This document shows positions 1-9,062 of a stretch of 64,000 bases of DNA, piece after piece. Each line of letters starts with the position of its first letter. Position 1 is the first letter of the stretch. The notes beneath the pieces are model-generated. The model was given only the letters and a program-made list of their open reading frames with translations. It had not been told where the DNA came from and made no database searches. The DNA lies in the NCBI GenBank assembly GCA_965221905.1, contig OZ244922.1:2848001-2912000 (forward strand), written 5' to 3'. Position numbers and translations under genes: made by a program. The DNA is from Chloroflexota bacterium. GTDB lineage: Bacteria; Chloroflexota; UBA11872; VXOZ01.

Positions 1-1125
1 CTCCCTCAGCTCATTCCTCCTAACTCCTCGGTCTACGTTTCACCAGCCATCCCTCAAGACATTCGATGGGCAATCCTCTATGTATTGCACGAGCGGCAGC
101 TCGCCAGCGATCCGACCATTGGCAACCACATCAATAAGCGCATTGAAATCGAAGAGCCGCAGCCAAACGATCGCTACGACTTCGCTCTCCTCATCGATGA
201 GCCACCAGGGGAGCGCTGGCTCAACTGGGGTTTCACTCCGCAAGACCTGCCTTCATCCTGGGGCCTCGACCCCTCTCAGCGCATTTGGCAGACCCTCAGT
301 GTCGGCCTCTACGCTTTAAATCTTCGAGACTGCCCAACCCGTTCTCTCGCCAGCGTTCCTGCCTCTCGGTTCCTTCCCGGTGCAAGACCGTCAACGCTCA
401 ACCTTGACTGCCTCCGGCCAGATGCAGAAGTGGAATCCGATTCCCTTTCCTTGCGACTTGCAATACTCTCCCCCCTTGCCTCCCAAGTAGAGATCATTGC
501 CAACGGCTCCTCCCATAGCATCATCCTCGAACCAGGGGCTACCCTGATCCCTCTCACCCTACCTCACGCAGGACAAATTACTCTCATTCCTTCCGAGGAA
601 ATTTGGGTTCGTGCCCAACGCGTCCCTCCTGCGAGCAGCAAACTACGATCCGGGATCCCGGCTCTCCACATCATCCCTGCCTTCAATGGCAAAGAACTCA
701 CTGTAGACGTCTACTTCTACGGAACGCGTACCAGCCCATCGGAAGATCAGGTTGCTTGGGAGGTTGTCAAGCAGCGTCGCATCAACGGCCATTGGTGGCA
801 TTGGGCTTCACCGATTCGCCAGGCAGAGTGGCTGTTAGCGCTAGATAAACCACCCGATCACGGCAGCAATTTTTCGTTCACTCTCGATTTCTTGTCTCTG
901 CAACCCCGCCTCTCCATCGATGATCGGCCAGCACTCGCGGCGGCGGAAGGGTCCCTGCCACTCAACCCCGGTGAGCCCTATGTCCTTTACTTCACCCTGT
1001 TCCGGCAACGTGGAAAAATGCAAAGCCTGCCAGTAGCCTGGGTAACCTATACTTCAGGACAGGAACCCAAAATACTTCTTGCTCCACGCTTCATTTTGCT
1101 TGACCAAGCATTCACTCAGGAGTAG
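1..1125 (+). CDS. Hypothetical protein, C-terminal part (gene runs off the left edge)
   Basis: Frame 1 is open from base 1 (LPQLIPPNSSVYVSPAIPQ...) through the listed 85..1125 ORF to TAG; no recognisable motif. Confidence 0.7.
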   Translation, partial: LPQLIPPNSSVYVSPAIPQDIRWAILYVLHERQLASDPTIGNHINKRIEIEEPQPNDRYDFALLIDEPPGERWLNWGFTPQDLPSSWGLDPSQRIWQTLSVGLYALNLRDCPTRSLASVPASRFLPGARPSTLNLDCLRPDAEVESDSLSLRLAILSPLASQVEIIANGSSHSIILEPGATLIPLTLPHAGQITLIPSEEIWVRAQRVPPASSKLRSGIPALHIIPAFNGKELTVDVYFYGTRTSPSEDQVAWEVVKQRRINGHWWHWASPIRQAEWLLALDKPPDHGSNFSFTLDFLSLQPRLSIDDRPALAAAEGSLPLNPGEPYVLYFTLFRQRGKMQSLPVAWVTYTSGQEPKILLAPRFILLDQAFTQE

Positions 1126-1570
1126 CGCTTAGTCCCGCAACGCAATGAATGGAAGCTCTGGCAAAGACTAAGGATAGACACTTTGCAGTACTTGGAATTG
1201 GTCGGAACCCATAGGAGTTGCAGCCGAAGCGATCAGAGTTAAGCCCATTGTCCTCGTAGATGGGTGCGGCTCAAAGATGATTCTAAAATGAGGGGTACTG
1301 TGCATCCGCAAAATGATGGGCAGAAGTCAGCAAGAAGTGACAGAGAAGAGAATTCGCATAGTTTGGCTAAATGAACTCTCGGATGCGTCTAACTGCGTAC
1401 AGTCTGCAATCGTCCTCTGGATAGCACTTCACCCAAGGTAGGCAAGGTCGCAATCCACTAGCAGACTAGAATCGCTATTGCTCACTCGTGGACTACACAA
1501 CTCTTCATAGACCAGAACTAGCACTGTCTTGACGCACATCGACTCGAGCCCGCCGAAATTGGCAAGCAAG

Positions 1571-2953
1571 TTACGAGAGCTTATTGTACGCATCGAGCGC
1601 CGCCACCTTGTAGCACTCGGCGAGCGTGGGATAGTTGAAGACATTGTCCACAAAGAAGTCGAGCGTTCCCCCTAGCGCCATCGCCGTCTGCCCAATGTGC
1701 ACCAATTCGGATGCGCCTGTGCCGAGCAAATGCACGCCGAGTATGGTCCTATCGTCCGCGTGGATGAGCAGCTTTACCAGACCGTTGGGGTCGCCAATGA
1801 TCTGCCCACGCGCGATTTCACGGTAACGGGCCACGCCAATCTCGTACGGGATGCCGGCCTCGCTGAGTTCCTTTTCCGTGCGCCCTACCATCGACGTTTC
1901 CGGGATCGTGTAGATTCCGTATGGGAAGAGGTTCGAGTTAAACGAGCCGCCTTCACCAAACGCGTGACGCGCGGCAAGTCTTCCTTGCTCCATTGAAGAC
2001 GCTGCCAAGGCAGGAAAGCCTATCACGTCGCCACACGCATAGATATGGGGCACGCCTGTTTGAAAGCGCTCATTTACCTTTAGGCGTCCCCGTTTGTCAG
2101 CCTCAAGGCCCGCAGCCGCTAAGTTCAGCGTATCGGTGTTGCCCTGGCGCCCGCCGGCATAGAGTAGATGATCCGCCATAATCGTCTTGTGGCTGCGGGT
2201 GCGTGCTACAATGCGATGTCCCTCGTCGATGACCTCGGCCACCTCTTCGCGAAATCGGAAAGTGATGCCCGCTTCGCGCATATGATAGGAAAGCGCTTCC
2301 CGTATCTCTTCATCGATAAAGTCAAGCATCTCAGCGCGCTGCTCGATGAGGGTCACGTCTATGCCTAGAGCCGCAAAGATACATGCGTATTCAACCCCAA
2401 TGACTCCCGCACCAACGATTGCCAGACGCTTTGGGAGATCTTTGAGCATATACACGCCATCGGTATCAATGATTGTCCGCCCGTTGAAGGGCGCCCTGGC
2501 GGAGCGGGCAGGGCGGCTCCCCGTCGCGACGATTACGAATTCAGTTTCTATCTCTTCAATCCGCCCGTCTTCCAAGGTGACGGAGACTTGGTGAGGGCCA
2601 ACGAACTCTGCGCTTCCATACAGGGGCGTCACACCGTTGCGCGAGAGCTGCAACTCAAGCACGTCAGTTTCATTCTTAATCACATGCTCGCAGCGAAACA
2701 TCAAATCGGCAAAGGTGATTTTCTCCTTGACCGTGTAGGTAATCCCATAGATGTTGCGCTCGAAGAAGCCGGTAAGGTAGAGCACCGCCTGACGCAAAGT
2801 CTTACTGGGAATCGAGCCGGCGTTTACTAGGTTGCCACCCACAAACTGGCGGCGCTCGATTGCAACCACCGACTTACCGAGCTTCGCCGCTTGAATAGCG
2901 GCGCGGTGGCCGGCCGGCCCAGTGCCTATGACAACCAAGTCTACTTTTCGCAT
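1571..2953 (-). CDS. sthA: Soluble (Si-specific) pyridine nucleotide transhydrogenase
   Basis: FAD motif GTGPAG, IPSKTLR, NAD motif GAGVIG, and the STH-type C-terminus FNYPTLAECYKVAALDAYNKL. Confidence 0.88.
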   Translation of the reverse strand: MRKVDLVVIGTGPAGHRAAIQAAKLGKSVVAIERRQFVGGNLVNAGSIPSKTLRQAVLYLTGFFERNIYGITYTVKEKITFADLMFRCEHVIKNETDVLELQLSRNGVTPLYGSAEFVGPHQVSVTLEDGRIEEIETEFVIVATGSRPARSARAPFNGRTIIDTDGVYMLKDLPKRLAIVGAGVIGVEYACIFAALGIDVTLIEQRAEMLDFIDEEIREALSYHMREAGITFRFREEVAEVIDEGHRIVARTRSHKTIMADHLLYAGGRQGNTDTLNLAAAGLEADKRGRLKVNERFQTGVPHIYACGDVIGFPALAASSMEQGRLAARHAFGEGGSFNSNLFPYGIYTIPETSMVGRTEKELSEAGIPYEIGVARYREIARGQIIGDPNGLVKLLIHADDRTILGVHLLGTGASELVHIGQTAMALGGTLDFFVDNVFNYPTLAECYKVAALDAYNKLS

Positions 2954-3853
2954 GCCGTTGTCTCTCTGCGCAAGCGCATACTCACGTGAGTGCCTTGGGT
3001 CGGCCTACCAGCCTACACACACGACCGCGTACCCACCTGAGTGAAAGACGCTCCAACTAGCACTCTTTGCCCCGTTGTGTCGTCTTTGTCAGACCCCGTA
3101 GACCACGCTTCCCTACACACTATCCCCAGTATACCTTCTCTACCAAGGGCCGCAGACCCCGCTCGCGCAACAGCGGGGTCATTTAGGCAAACGGCAAAGG
3201 AAAGACCGGCACTTGCTCATGCATTGTGCAAGCACCGACTTTGGCACTATTGAAATTCCTTTTGCGTCCACCGCAATCCTTCTAAGGGCACCGGCAGCGT
3301 GTTGGGCCGTAGGATGAAGTGGTGAGCGCACAAGCCCTGCCGGACACGCAGTTCGCATGCTCGGCCTATGCCGACACCATCGAACGTAACCGTTGCCATG
3401 CAAGACATTCTGCTATCCCATTGGCAATTTACCTTCCCACTCTGCTATACTATGGTGAAGCAGAAGAGATCTCCCTCATCTGCCCCCTCCATTGCAAGTC
3501 GTATTTCCGCAGCTAGCCTTCTCCTACTTTCGGACTTTGACGTATTCGCCATATTCTCGGAATGCAGAAAAGCCTGAAAGTTAACCGGCAATCTGAGGGA
3601 AATGCACGTCCTCAATCGGCAGGTATTTTTCAGGTAACCGTAGTCTTGACTTCCACAGTTGATCTCCGCTGAACTGTTCCTCCGACCGGCGCCCCGTGTC
3701 CAATCTTCTTGCAAATTGCCTCTCTACTCTCTTGTCCCCAAAGACCGCCCTGCATAGCGCCAGATCGGAAAATGCGAGCCGCAATTTACATTAGTGTGCT
3801 GAACTTGAACGAAACAACCCCCGTAAGAGTCTTCGTAGCGTAAGGTGCATCCT

Positions 3854-4570
3854 ATGAGTGCAAATCAGCTTGATCGTCCCTCCGTTGACGCAGATCAGCT
3901 TGGGTTTCCGCCCTATTTCGAAAAAGTAGCGCTATTCATTGACCTGGGGAACCTCTACTTTGCGGCGCGTAAACTGAACATTCGAGTAGACTACACGCGT
4001 ATGGTGGAAGTGCTTTCGAAGGGACGTCGCCTCTTGCGTTCATTTGCCTACGCCGGCGTGGACCCGCAAAGTCCCGAGTCTCAGGGCTATCTTACCTGGA
4101 TGAAGCGCCACGGCTTTCGGGTTGTCACAAAACACCTTCGTCGCTTTCCTGACGGCACTGTAAAGGCAAATCTCGACGTTGAACTTGCTATCGACATGCT
4201 AATGATCGCGCCGCACATCGATGCGGCGGTGCTAGTTTCGGGAGACGGAGACTTTGTCCGACTGGTGGAAGCGGTTCAGTTCAAGGGGGTACGGGTCGAG
4301 GTAGTGGGGCTAGCGGAGATGACAGCCATGGCGTTGATTGACGTAGCGGACACTTTCACGGAATTGTCCGAGCTGGTGCCGGTCATCCAGATGGCGCTAC
4401 CGCCCAACGGCACACGCGGAACTGCATCTGAAAACGGAGTGCCGCCAACAATCTCACCCGCCGCTTCCTCTTCCTATGTCGCCTACGACACCCCGGACAA
4501 GGCCACAGACGCCGTCAATAACAAAAGAGGCGATCAGAACTACCCGCGTACAAGCTTTGAGGGGAAGTGA
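3854..4570 (+). CDS. NYN domain protein (LabA/DUF88, PIN-like nuclease fold)
   Basis: FIDLGNLY, KANLDVELAIDM, LVSGDGDF, GVRVEV; start placed at ATG 3854. Confidence 0.9.
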   Translation: MSANQLDRPSVDADQLGFPPYFEKVALFIDLGNLYFAARKLNIRVDYTRMVEVLSKGRRLLRSFAYAGVDPQSPESQGYLTWMKRHGFRVVTKHLRRFPDGTVKANLDVELAIDMLMIAPHIDAAVLVSGDGDFVRLVEAVQFKGVRVEVVGLAEMTAMALIDVADTFTELSELVPVIQMALPPNGTRGTASENGVPPTISPAASSSYVAYDTPDKATDAVNNKRGDQNYPRTSFEGK

Positions 4571-5425
4571 GTGTTGGGTCCGCCGCTGAGCTGTGCTCCG
4601 GGGATGTGGAAAGAGGCGCCGTTCGAGAAAATCGCGGAAGCCTGTGGCGCTGCTCACTTCGGAGGACTCGAGCAACGCGGCGCAACATTGCCCATGTTGA
4701 CGGCACAGCGAGACCGGCTCGCAGAGACGGACGTTGTGCTTTCGGCCATCACATTGCACGAATCCTGGTACGATCGCGCCGTAACGGCGACACATCACCA
4801 AGCTCTACCGCAATTGCTCGACGGGCTCGCCGCCTTGAACCCGGAGTTCTGTGTACTTTCCGTCCCAGGGTCAAATGAGCGCCTATCCACGGCAGGCTGG
4901 CCCAACGCTATGCGCTACGACTCCCTTTCCGCCAGCGATCATGCCCTCCTCGTCGACACGGTGCAAAGCTTGGCCGATATGATTCGCTCCCTAGGTGTTA
5001 AGGTGGCCTTTCGTCCGCGTCTTGCTTCATTCATCGAAACTGAAGAGGAGATGGAGCGTTTCCTTGAAGATACAGAACCGGAACTTCTAGGCCTTGCCCT
5101 CGACCTTGGACACCTGGCATTAATAGAGGTAGACCCAATGGCAATCATCGAGAGGCACGGCGCTCGTATTACCTATTGCTACGTGCGGGATCTCGACGAG
5201 AACTTGGCGCAACAAATCCACTTGGGGATGCGCAACCTGGCAAGCGCAGCAGCCGCAGGGCTCTTCCTGCCGCCCGGGCAAGGATTTGCACCCCTGCGTA
5301 GACCATTGCGTAGGCTGGTCGACGCCAATATCTGTCAATGGTATGCGCTTGACCTACAACCGGACACCGGCGATCCACATGAGGCCCTGAGCATTACCTA
5401 CGACTACATGAATGACTACATGTAG
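4571..5425 (+). CDS. Sugar-phosphate isomerase/epimerase TIM barrel, IolE-like, with degenerate metal ligands
   Basis: IETEEEMERFLEDT, LALDLGHL and FLPPGQG resemble the IolE family; start uncertain. Confidence 0.65.
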   Translation: MLGPPLSCAPGMWKEAPFEKIAEACGAAHFGGLEQRGATLPMLTAQRDRLAETDVVLSAITLHESWYDRAVTATHHQALPQLLDGLAALNPEFCVLSVPGSNERLSTAGWPNAMRYDSLSASDHALLVDTVQSLADMIRSLGVKVAFRPRLASFIETEEEMERFLEDTEPELLGLALDLGHLALIEVDPMAIIERHGARITYCYVRDLDENLAQQIHLGMRNLASAAAAGLFLPPGQGFAPLRRPLRRLVDANICQWYALDLQPDTGDPHEALSITYDYMNDYM

Positions 5426-5448
5426 AGCTAAGTGCAAGAAAGCGAGGC

Positions 5449-6591
5449 ATGGCGAGACTAATGCGACGGAGAAGCATATTAGCGGCAACCGCCGCGTCGT
5501 TGGCAGCGGCGGCGTGCGGCCCTTTCAGGGGCGACGATGAACCCGACATCGTACGCACTATTCCGGAAGCGAATGTCAATCCTTGGGGAGCGAACGCGTT
5601 TCTCCATAAAGAGGTTGAGTTCTGGAAAAAAGAGAAAACCTTTGAGATGGCGCGCGATGCCGGCATCGTGTGGATTAAGCAACACTTTCCTTGGGAGCTG
5701 ATCGAGCAATCGCAACAGGGCGATTTCTACGATCAAGTCTGGCAAAAGTCGGCATGGCAGCGATTCGACGAAATCGTGGATCTCGCGAAAGAGTTCGATC
5801 TCAAGCTGATTGCCCGGGTTGATCGTAGCCCGCTCTGGGCGCAGAGACCTGATGCCCAGCCTGAATGGCCTCCCGCAAGATTCGAAGATTATGGCGACTT
5901 CATGGCCGTTTTGGCGGAACGCTACAAGGGGCGCATCTCGCACTACCAACTATGGAACGAGCCAAATCTCGCGCGGGAATGGGGGACTGCGCCCGACCCC
6001 AAAAGCTACGTTGATCTGCTGCGCATCGGTTACGAGCGTCTCAAGGAAGTTGACCCCGATATCAAAGTGCTGACGGCGCCCCTCGCTATTACTCTGGAAA
6101 GGTCGCCGCGCGCCATGGTCGAGCTTGACTATCTTGATCAAATGTATCAGCACGGGGCCTTTGATTATTTCGATATCATGTCTGCAAACGCCTACGGACT
6201 GGAGTACCCACCTACGGCAGAGCCGGACCCGGATGTGCTCAATTTTCGCAGAGTTGAGTTGCTACGCGAGGTAATGGAACGCAACGGTGATACGAATAAA
6301 GCGGTCTGGTTCAATGAGTACGGCTGGAATGCGTCACCTGCGGATATGGCCGCAGATAAGCTGATCTGGCGGCGCGTCAAAGAGGAAGAGCAGGCAGAAT
6401 GGACCGTTGAAGGTGTGAAGTACGGCCGCTCCAATTGGCCGTGGGCGGGCGTTTTCTGCATTTGGTATCTCCGACAAGTAGGCGATATTCCACCGACGTC
6501 GTCCGAATACTATTTCCGCATGATTGACCCCGAATTCACGCCTCGGCTGGTCTACAATGAGGTGAAGAGAAACTCCAAGAAGATCAAGTAA
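5449..6591 (+). CDS. Clan GH-A glycoside hydrolase (GH5/GH39-like), Tat lipoprotein
   Basis: RRRSILA...AAAC signal/lipobox, WNEPN acid/base motif, WFNEYGW nucleophile motif. Confidence 0.85.
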   Translation: MARLMRRRSILAATAASLAAAACGPFRGDDEPDIVRTIPEANVNPWGANAFLHKEVEFWKKEKTFEMARDAGIVWIKQHFPWELIEQSQQGDFYDQVWQKSAWQRFDEIVDLAKEFDLKLIARVDRSPLWAQRPDAQPEWPPARFEDYGDFMAVLAERYKGRISHYQLWNEPNLAREWGTAPDPKSYVDLLRIGYERLKEVDPDIKVLTAPLAITLERSPRAMVELDYLDQMYQHGAFDYFDIMSANAYGLEYPPTAEPDPDVLNFRRVELLREVMERNGDTNKAVWFNEYGWNASPADMAADKLIWRRVKEEEQAEWTVEGVKYGRSNWPWAGVFCIWYLRQVGDIPPTSSEYYFRMIDPEFTPRLVYNEVKRNSKKIK

Positions 6592-6778
6592 CGCCTTCCG
6601 GACGTACTGCCATCACTTTCTTGCAGACCTCCTCTCTAGCTAAGCAAACAGATGCTGGGGCGGCTCGGTTGTGAAGTCAGTGAACACGCGCCCGCACTTC
6701 TCGGCACGTTGTCCGCTCAAGGGTGTTGGCGAACAAATTGTGGTTTTTACATATTCCTGCCGGAGAGTGCGCTATACT

Positions 6779-6813
6779 AGCCATACTGGCTAGATATCTA
6801 TACCAGTATGGCT
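6779..6813. promoter_or_regulatory. Palindromic operator-like site upstream of the class III aminotransferase
   Basis: AGCCATACTGG-CTAGATATCTATA-CCAGTATGGCT with 11-bp perfect arms, directly after a TATACT -10-like hexamer (6773-6778). Confidence 0.5.
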
Positions 6814-6844
6814 GTTTTCTATGTTCAGCGTGGGGAAGAGGGCG

Positions 6845-8152
6845 ATGGACACCAAACAGAAGTACGAGAAATACGTTGTAACCAGTCATGCGCCTGCGAT
6901 GCCGCCGGTGGAAGTTTCCCATGCCCAGGGCGCAACCATCACGGCTGCTGACGGGACGACGTATCTGGACGGATTTGCGGGTTATTCCGTGGTGAATGCG
7001 GGGCACAGCAATCCCGAGGTGCTCGCAGCCGCAAAGTCCGCGATGGACCGCCACGTCCATGTTGGGAGCTACCTCTACTACGCTCCTGCCGTGGCCAATT
7101 TGGCCGAAAAGCTAGCGGAAATTACGCCGGGGCGGCTCGAGCAGTCCTTCTTCGGCAACAGTGGGGCCGAGGCCGTAGAAGGCGCGCTCCGCATTGCGAA
7201 GACGTATACCGATCGTAACGAATTCATCTCGCTGCAATACTCCTTTCATGGACGGACGCTCGGCACGCTGAGCCTTGGCGGCAACGCCCGCCGGAAGCGC
7301 CGCGCCGGGCCGATGGCATCGGGGGTCGCTATTGCACCGGCACCTTATTGCTACCGCTGTCCGCTCCATCTCACGTACCCCTCTTGCAACGTGGCCTGCG
7401 CCGATGAGGTAGAGCGGGTCTTCGAGACGCAGACCTCCGGGAACGTTGCGGCAATGATAGCTGAGCCGGTCATGGGAGAGGGCGGCATTATCGTGCCTCC
7501 GCCGGAGTACTTCCCGAAAGTAAAGCCAATTCTGGAGAGGAACGAGGCGCTTTTCATTTCGGATGAGGTACAGACGAGCTTTGGGCGTACCGGCACGATG
7601 TTTGCCAGCGAGGAAATCGGTGTCGAGCCGGACATCCTCACGCTCGCTAAAGGCATTGCCAACGGCTTTCCGCTCAGCGCCTTCACCACGAGGCCGGAAA
7701 TCGGCGAATCGTTTCTTCCCGGCGATCACTTCAGCACATTCGGCGGCAATCTCGTGTCGGCCGCGGCAGCCATTGCGACGATTGGCTACTTGGAACGCGA
7801 ACAGGTGCCGGCACACGCTCGGCGTTTAGGACGGCACATCCTAAACGAGCTCGAGACGTGGCGCAATGCCCATCCGCTCATCGGTGACGTGCGCGGCAAG
7901 GGGCTCATGATTGGCATTGAACTCGTAACCGATCAAGAAACCAAGATTCCGGCCGCGGACGAGGCAAAGCGCGTACAGGAAGAATGTCGCAAAGCGGGTC
8001 TGCTCATTGGGTGCGGCGGATTCTACGGAAACGTGCTGCGCTTCCAACCGCCGCTTGTCATCACGCTGGCACAAGCCCAGCGGGCGCTTGAGATCCTCGA
8101 TAGCGCCTTATCGGCTGTGGAGGAATCTTCCGCCATTCTTGCCGCGACGTAA
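6845..8152 (+). CDS. Class III PLP aminotransferase (4-aminobutyrate aminotransferase-like)
   Basis: NSGAEAVE, FHGRT, EPVMGEGG, DEVQTSFGRTG, PLP lysine in LAKGIANG, STFGGN. Confidence 0.92.
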   Translation: MDTKQKYEKYVVTSHAPAMPPVEVSHAQGATITAADGTTYLDGFAGYSVVNAGHSNPEVLAAAKSAMDRHVHVGSYLYYAPAVANLAEKLAEITPGRLEQSFFGNSGAEAVEGALRIAKTYTDRNEFISLQYSFHGRTLGTLSLGGNARRKRRAGPMASGVAIAPAPYCYRCPLHLTYPSCNVACADEVERVFETQTSGNVAAMIAEPVMGEGGIIVPPPEYFPKVKPILERNEALFISDEVQTSFGRTGTMFASEEIGVEPDILTLAKGIANGFPLSAFTTRPEIGESFLPGDHFSTFGGNLVSAAAAIATIGYLEREQVPAHARRLGRHILNELETWRNAHPLIGDVRGKGLMIGIELVTDQETKIPAADEAKRVQEECRKAGLLIGCGGFYGNVLRFQPPLVITLAQAQRALEILDSALSAVEESSAILAAT

Positions 8153-8380
8153 CCGGCGCAAGACTCCGGCGAGCCAGCGGCATGAGCCTTCCTTCTTCAA
8201 TTCCTCTTGCGGTCCTTACCGGTATTGGCCCGCAGCGCCGTTTTGCGGTCGACTCGAACGTGTCCAAATGCGCGCGGGCCAGGCGCGCGCTCACCAGGCC
8301 CGCGCAAAGCACCGCAAAACGATATAAGATGAAAGATGAAGCGTGCAGATCGTTTTCCAATGGGGAAGTGGTAGACGCCC

Positions 8381-9019
8381 ATGAAGAATGTCTTGCTTCT
8401 TGGCGGCGCAAACCCGGCGCATAAGCCCCGGGACGTCGCTGGATTCGTAGCCGACTACCTTGAAGAATCTGGTGATATCGAAGTATCGATAACTGAAGAC
8501 ACGAGCATTCTCGAGTCCTCCGCCACCAACGCTTACGATGCATTCCTGCTCTTCCTCAATACCAAGGAAGAGCGTTGGCCGCAAAGCAGGGAGGCAGCCT
8601 TCCTTGACGCCGTCACGCGGGGGAAGGGGCTCTTGGTGCTGCATGCGGGCGTCTTGAGCTTTCGCGGCTGGGAAGCCTACTCGGAGCTCATTGGCGGCAA
8701 ACCCACGCCGGACTTCTATCACCCGCCCTACGGCCCCTTTGCCGTACATATAGATGACGCTTCACACCCCATCACGGCTAACATGGTGGACTTCGCGGTG
8801 CGGGATGAACTCTACGCCAACGTGCAACTGACTTCCCAGGCGCGGTTGCTCGCCCACGCCACGCTAAACGGAAAACCTCAGCCACTGCTGTGGGTAGTAG
8901 AACCTCCGCAGACGCGCGTGTGCACGCTACTCTTGGGCCACGATCGCGCAGCCCTCCAGTATCCCGGCGCGTCTGCCCTATTGCGGCGCGGCGTTGCTTG
9001 GGTGGCAGGCGCGCTGTGA
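8381..9019 (+). CDS. ThuA-like domain protein
   Basis: GKGLLVLH, HPPYGPF, HPIT, DELY, LGHD. Confidence 0.85.
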   Translation: MKNVLLLGGANPAHKPRDVAGFVADYLEESGDIEVSITEDTSILESSATNAYDAFLLFLNTKEERWPQSREAAFLDAVTRGKGLLVLHAGVLSFRGWEAYSELIGGKPTPDFYHPPYGPFAVHIDDASHPITANMVDFAVRDELYANVQLTSQARLLAHATLNGKPQPLLWVVEPPQTRVCTLLLGHDRAALQYPGASALLRRGVAWVAGAL

Positions 9020-9062
9020 AACGACACGGTCCTCTACGCGGTCTGTCAGGAGTGTAGCTGAC

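Noticed and set aside
1126-1570. 445-bp gap between convergent genes as a possible RNA gene
   Set aside because: No tRNA, tmRNA, SRP or RNase P hallmarks and no clear structure
8239-8321. Imperfect nested hairpin (CGTTTTGCGGT/ACCGCAAAACG around GCGCGGGCC/GGCCCGCGC)
   Set aside because: Single copy, no U tract, no family match; could be a decayed repeat
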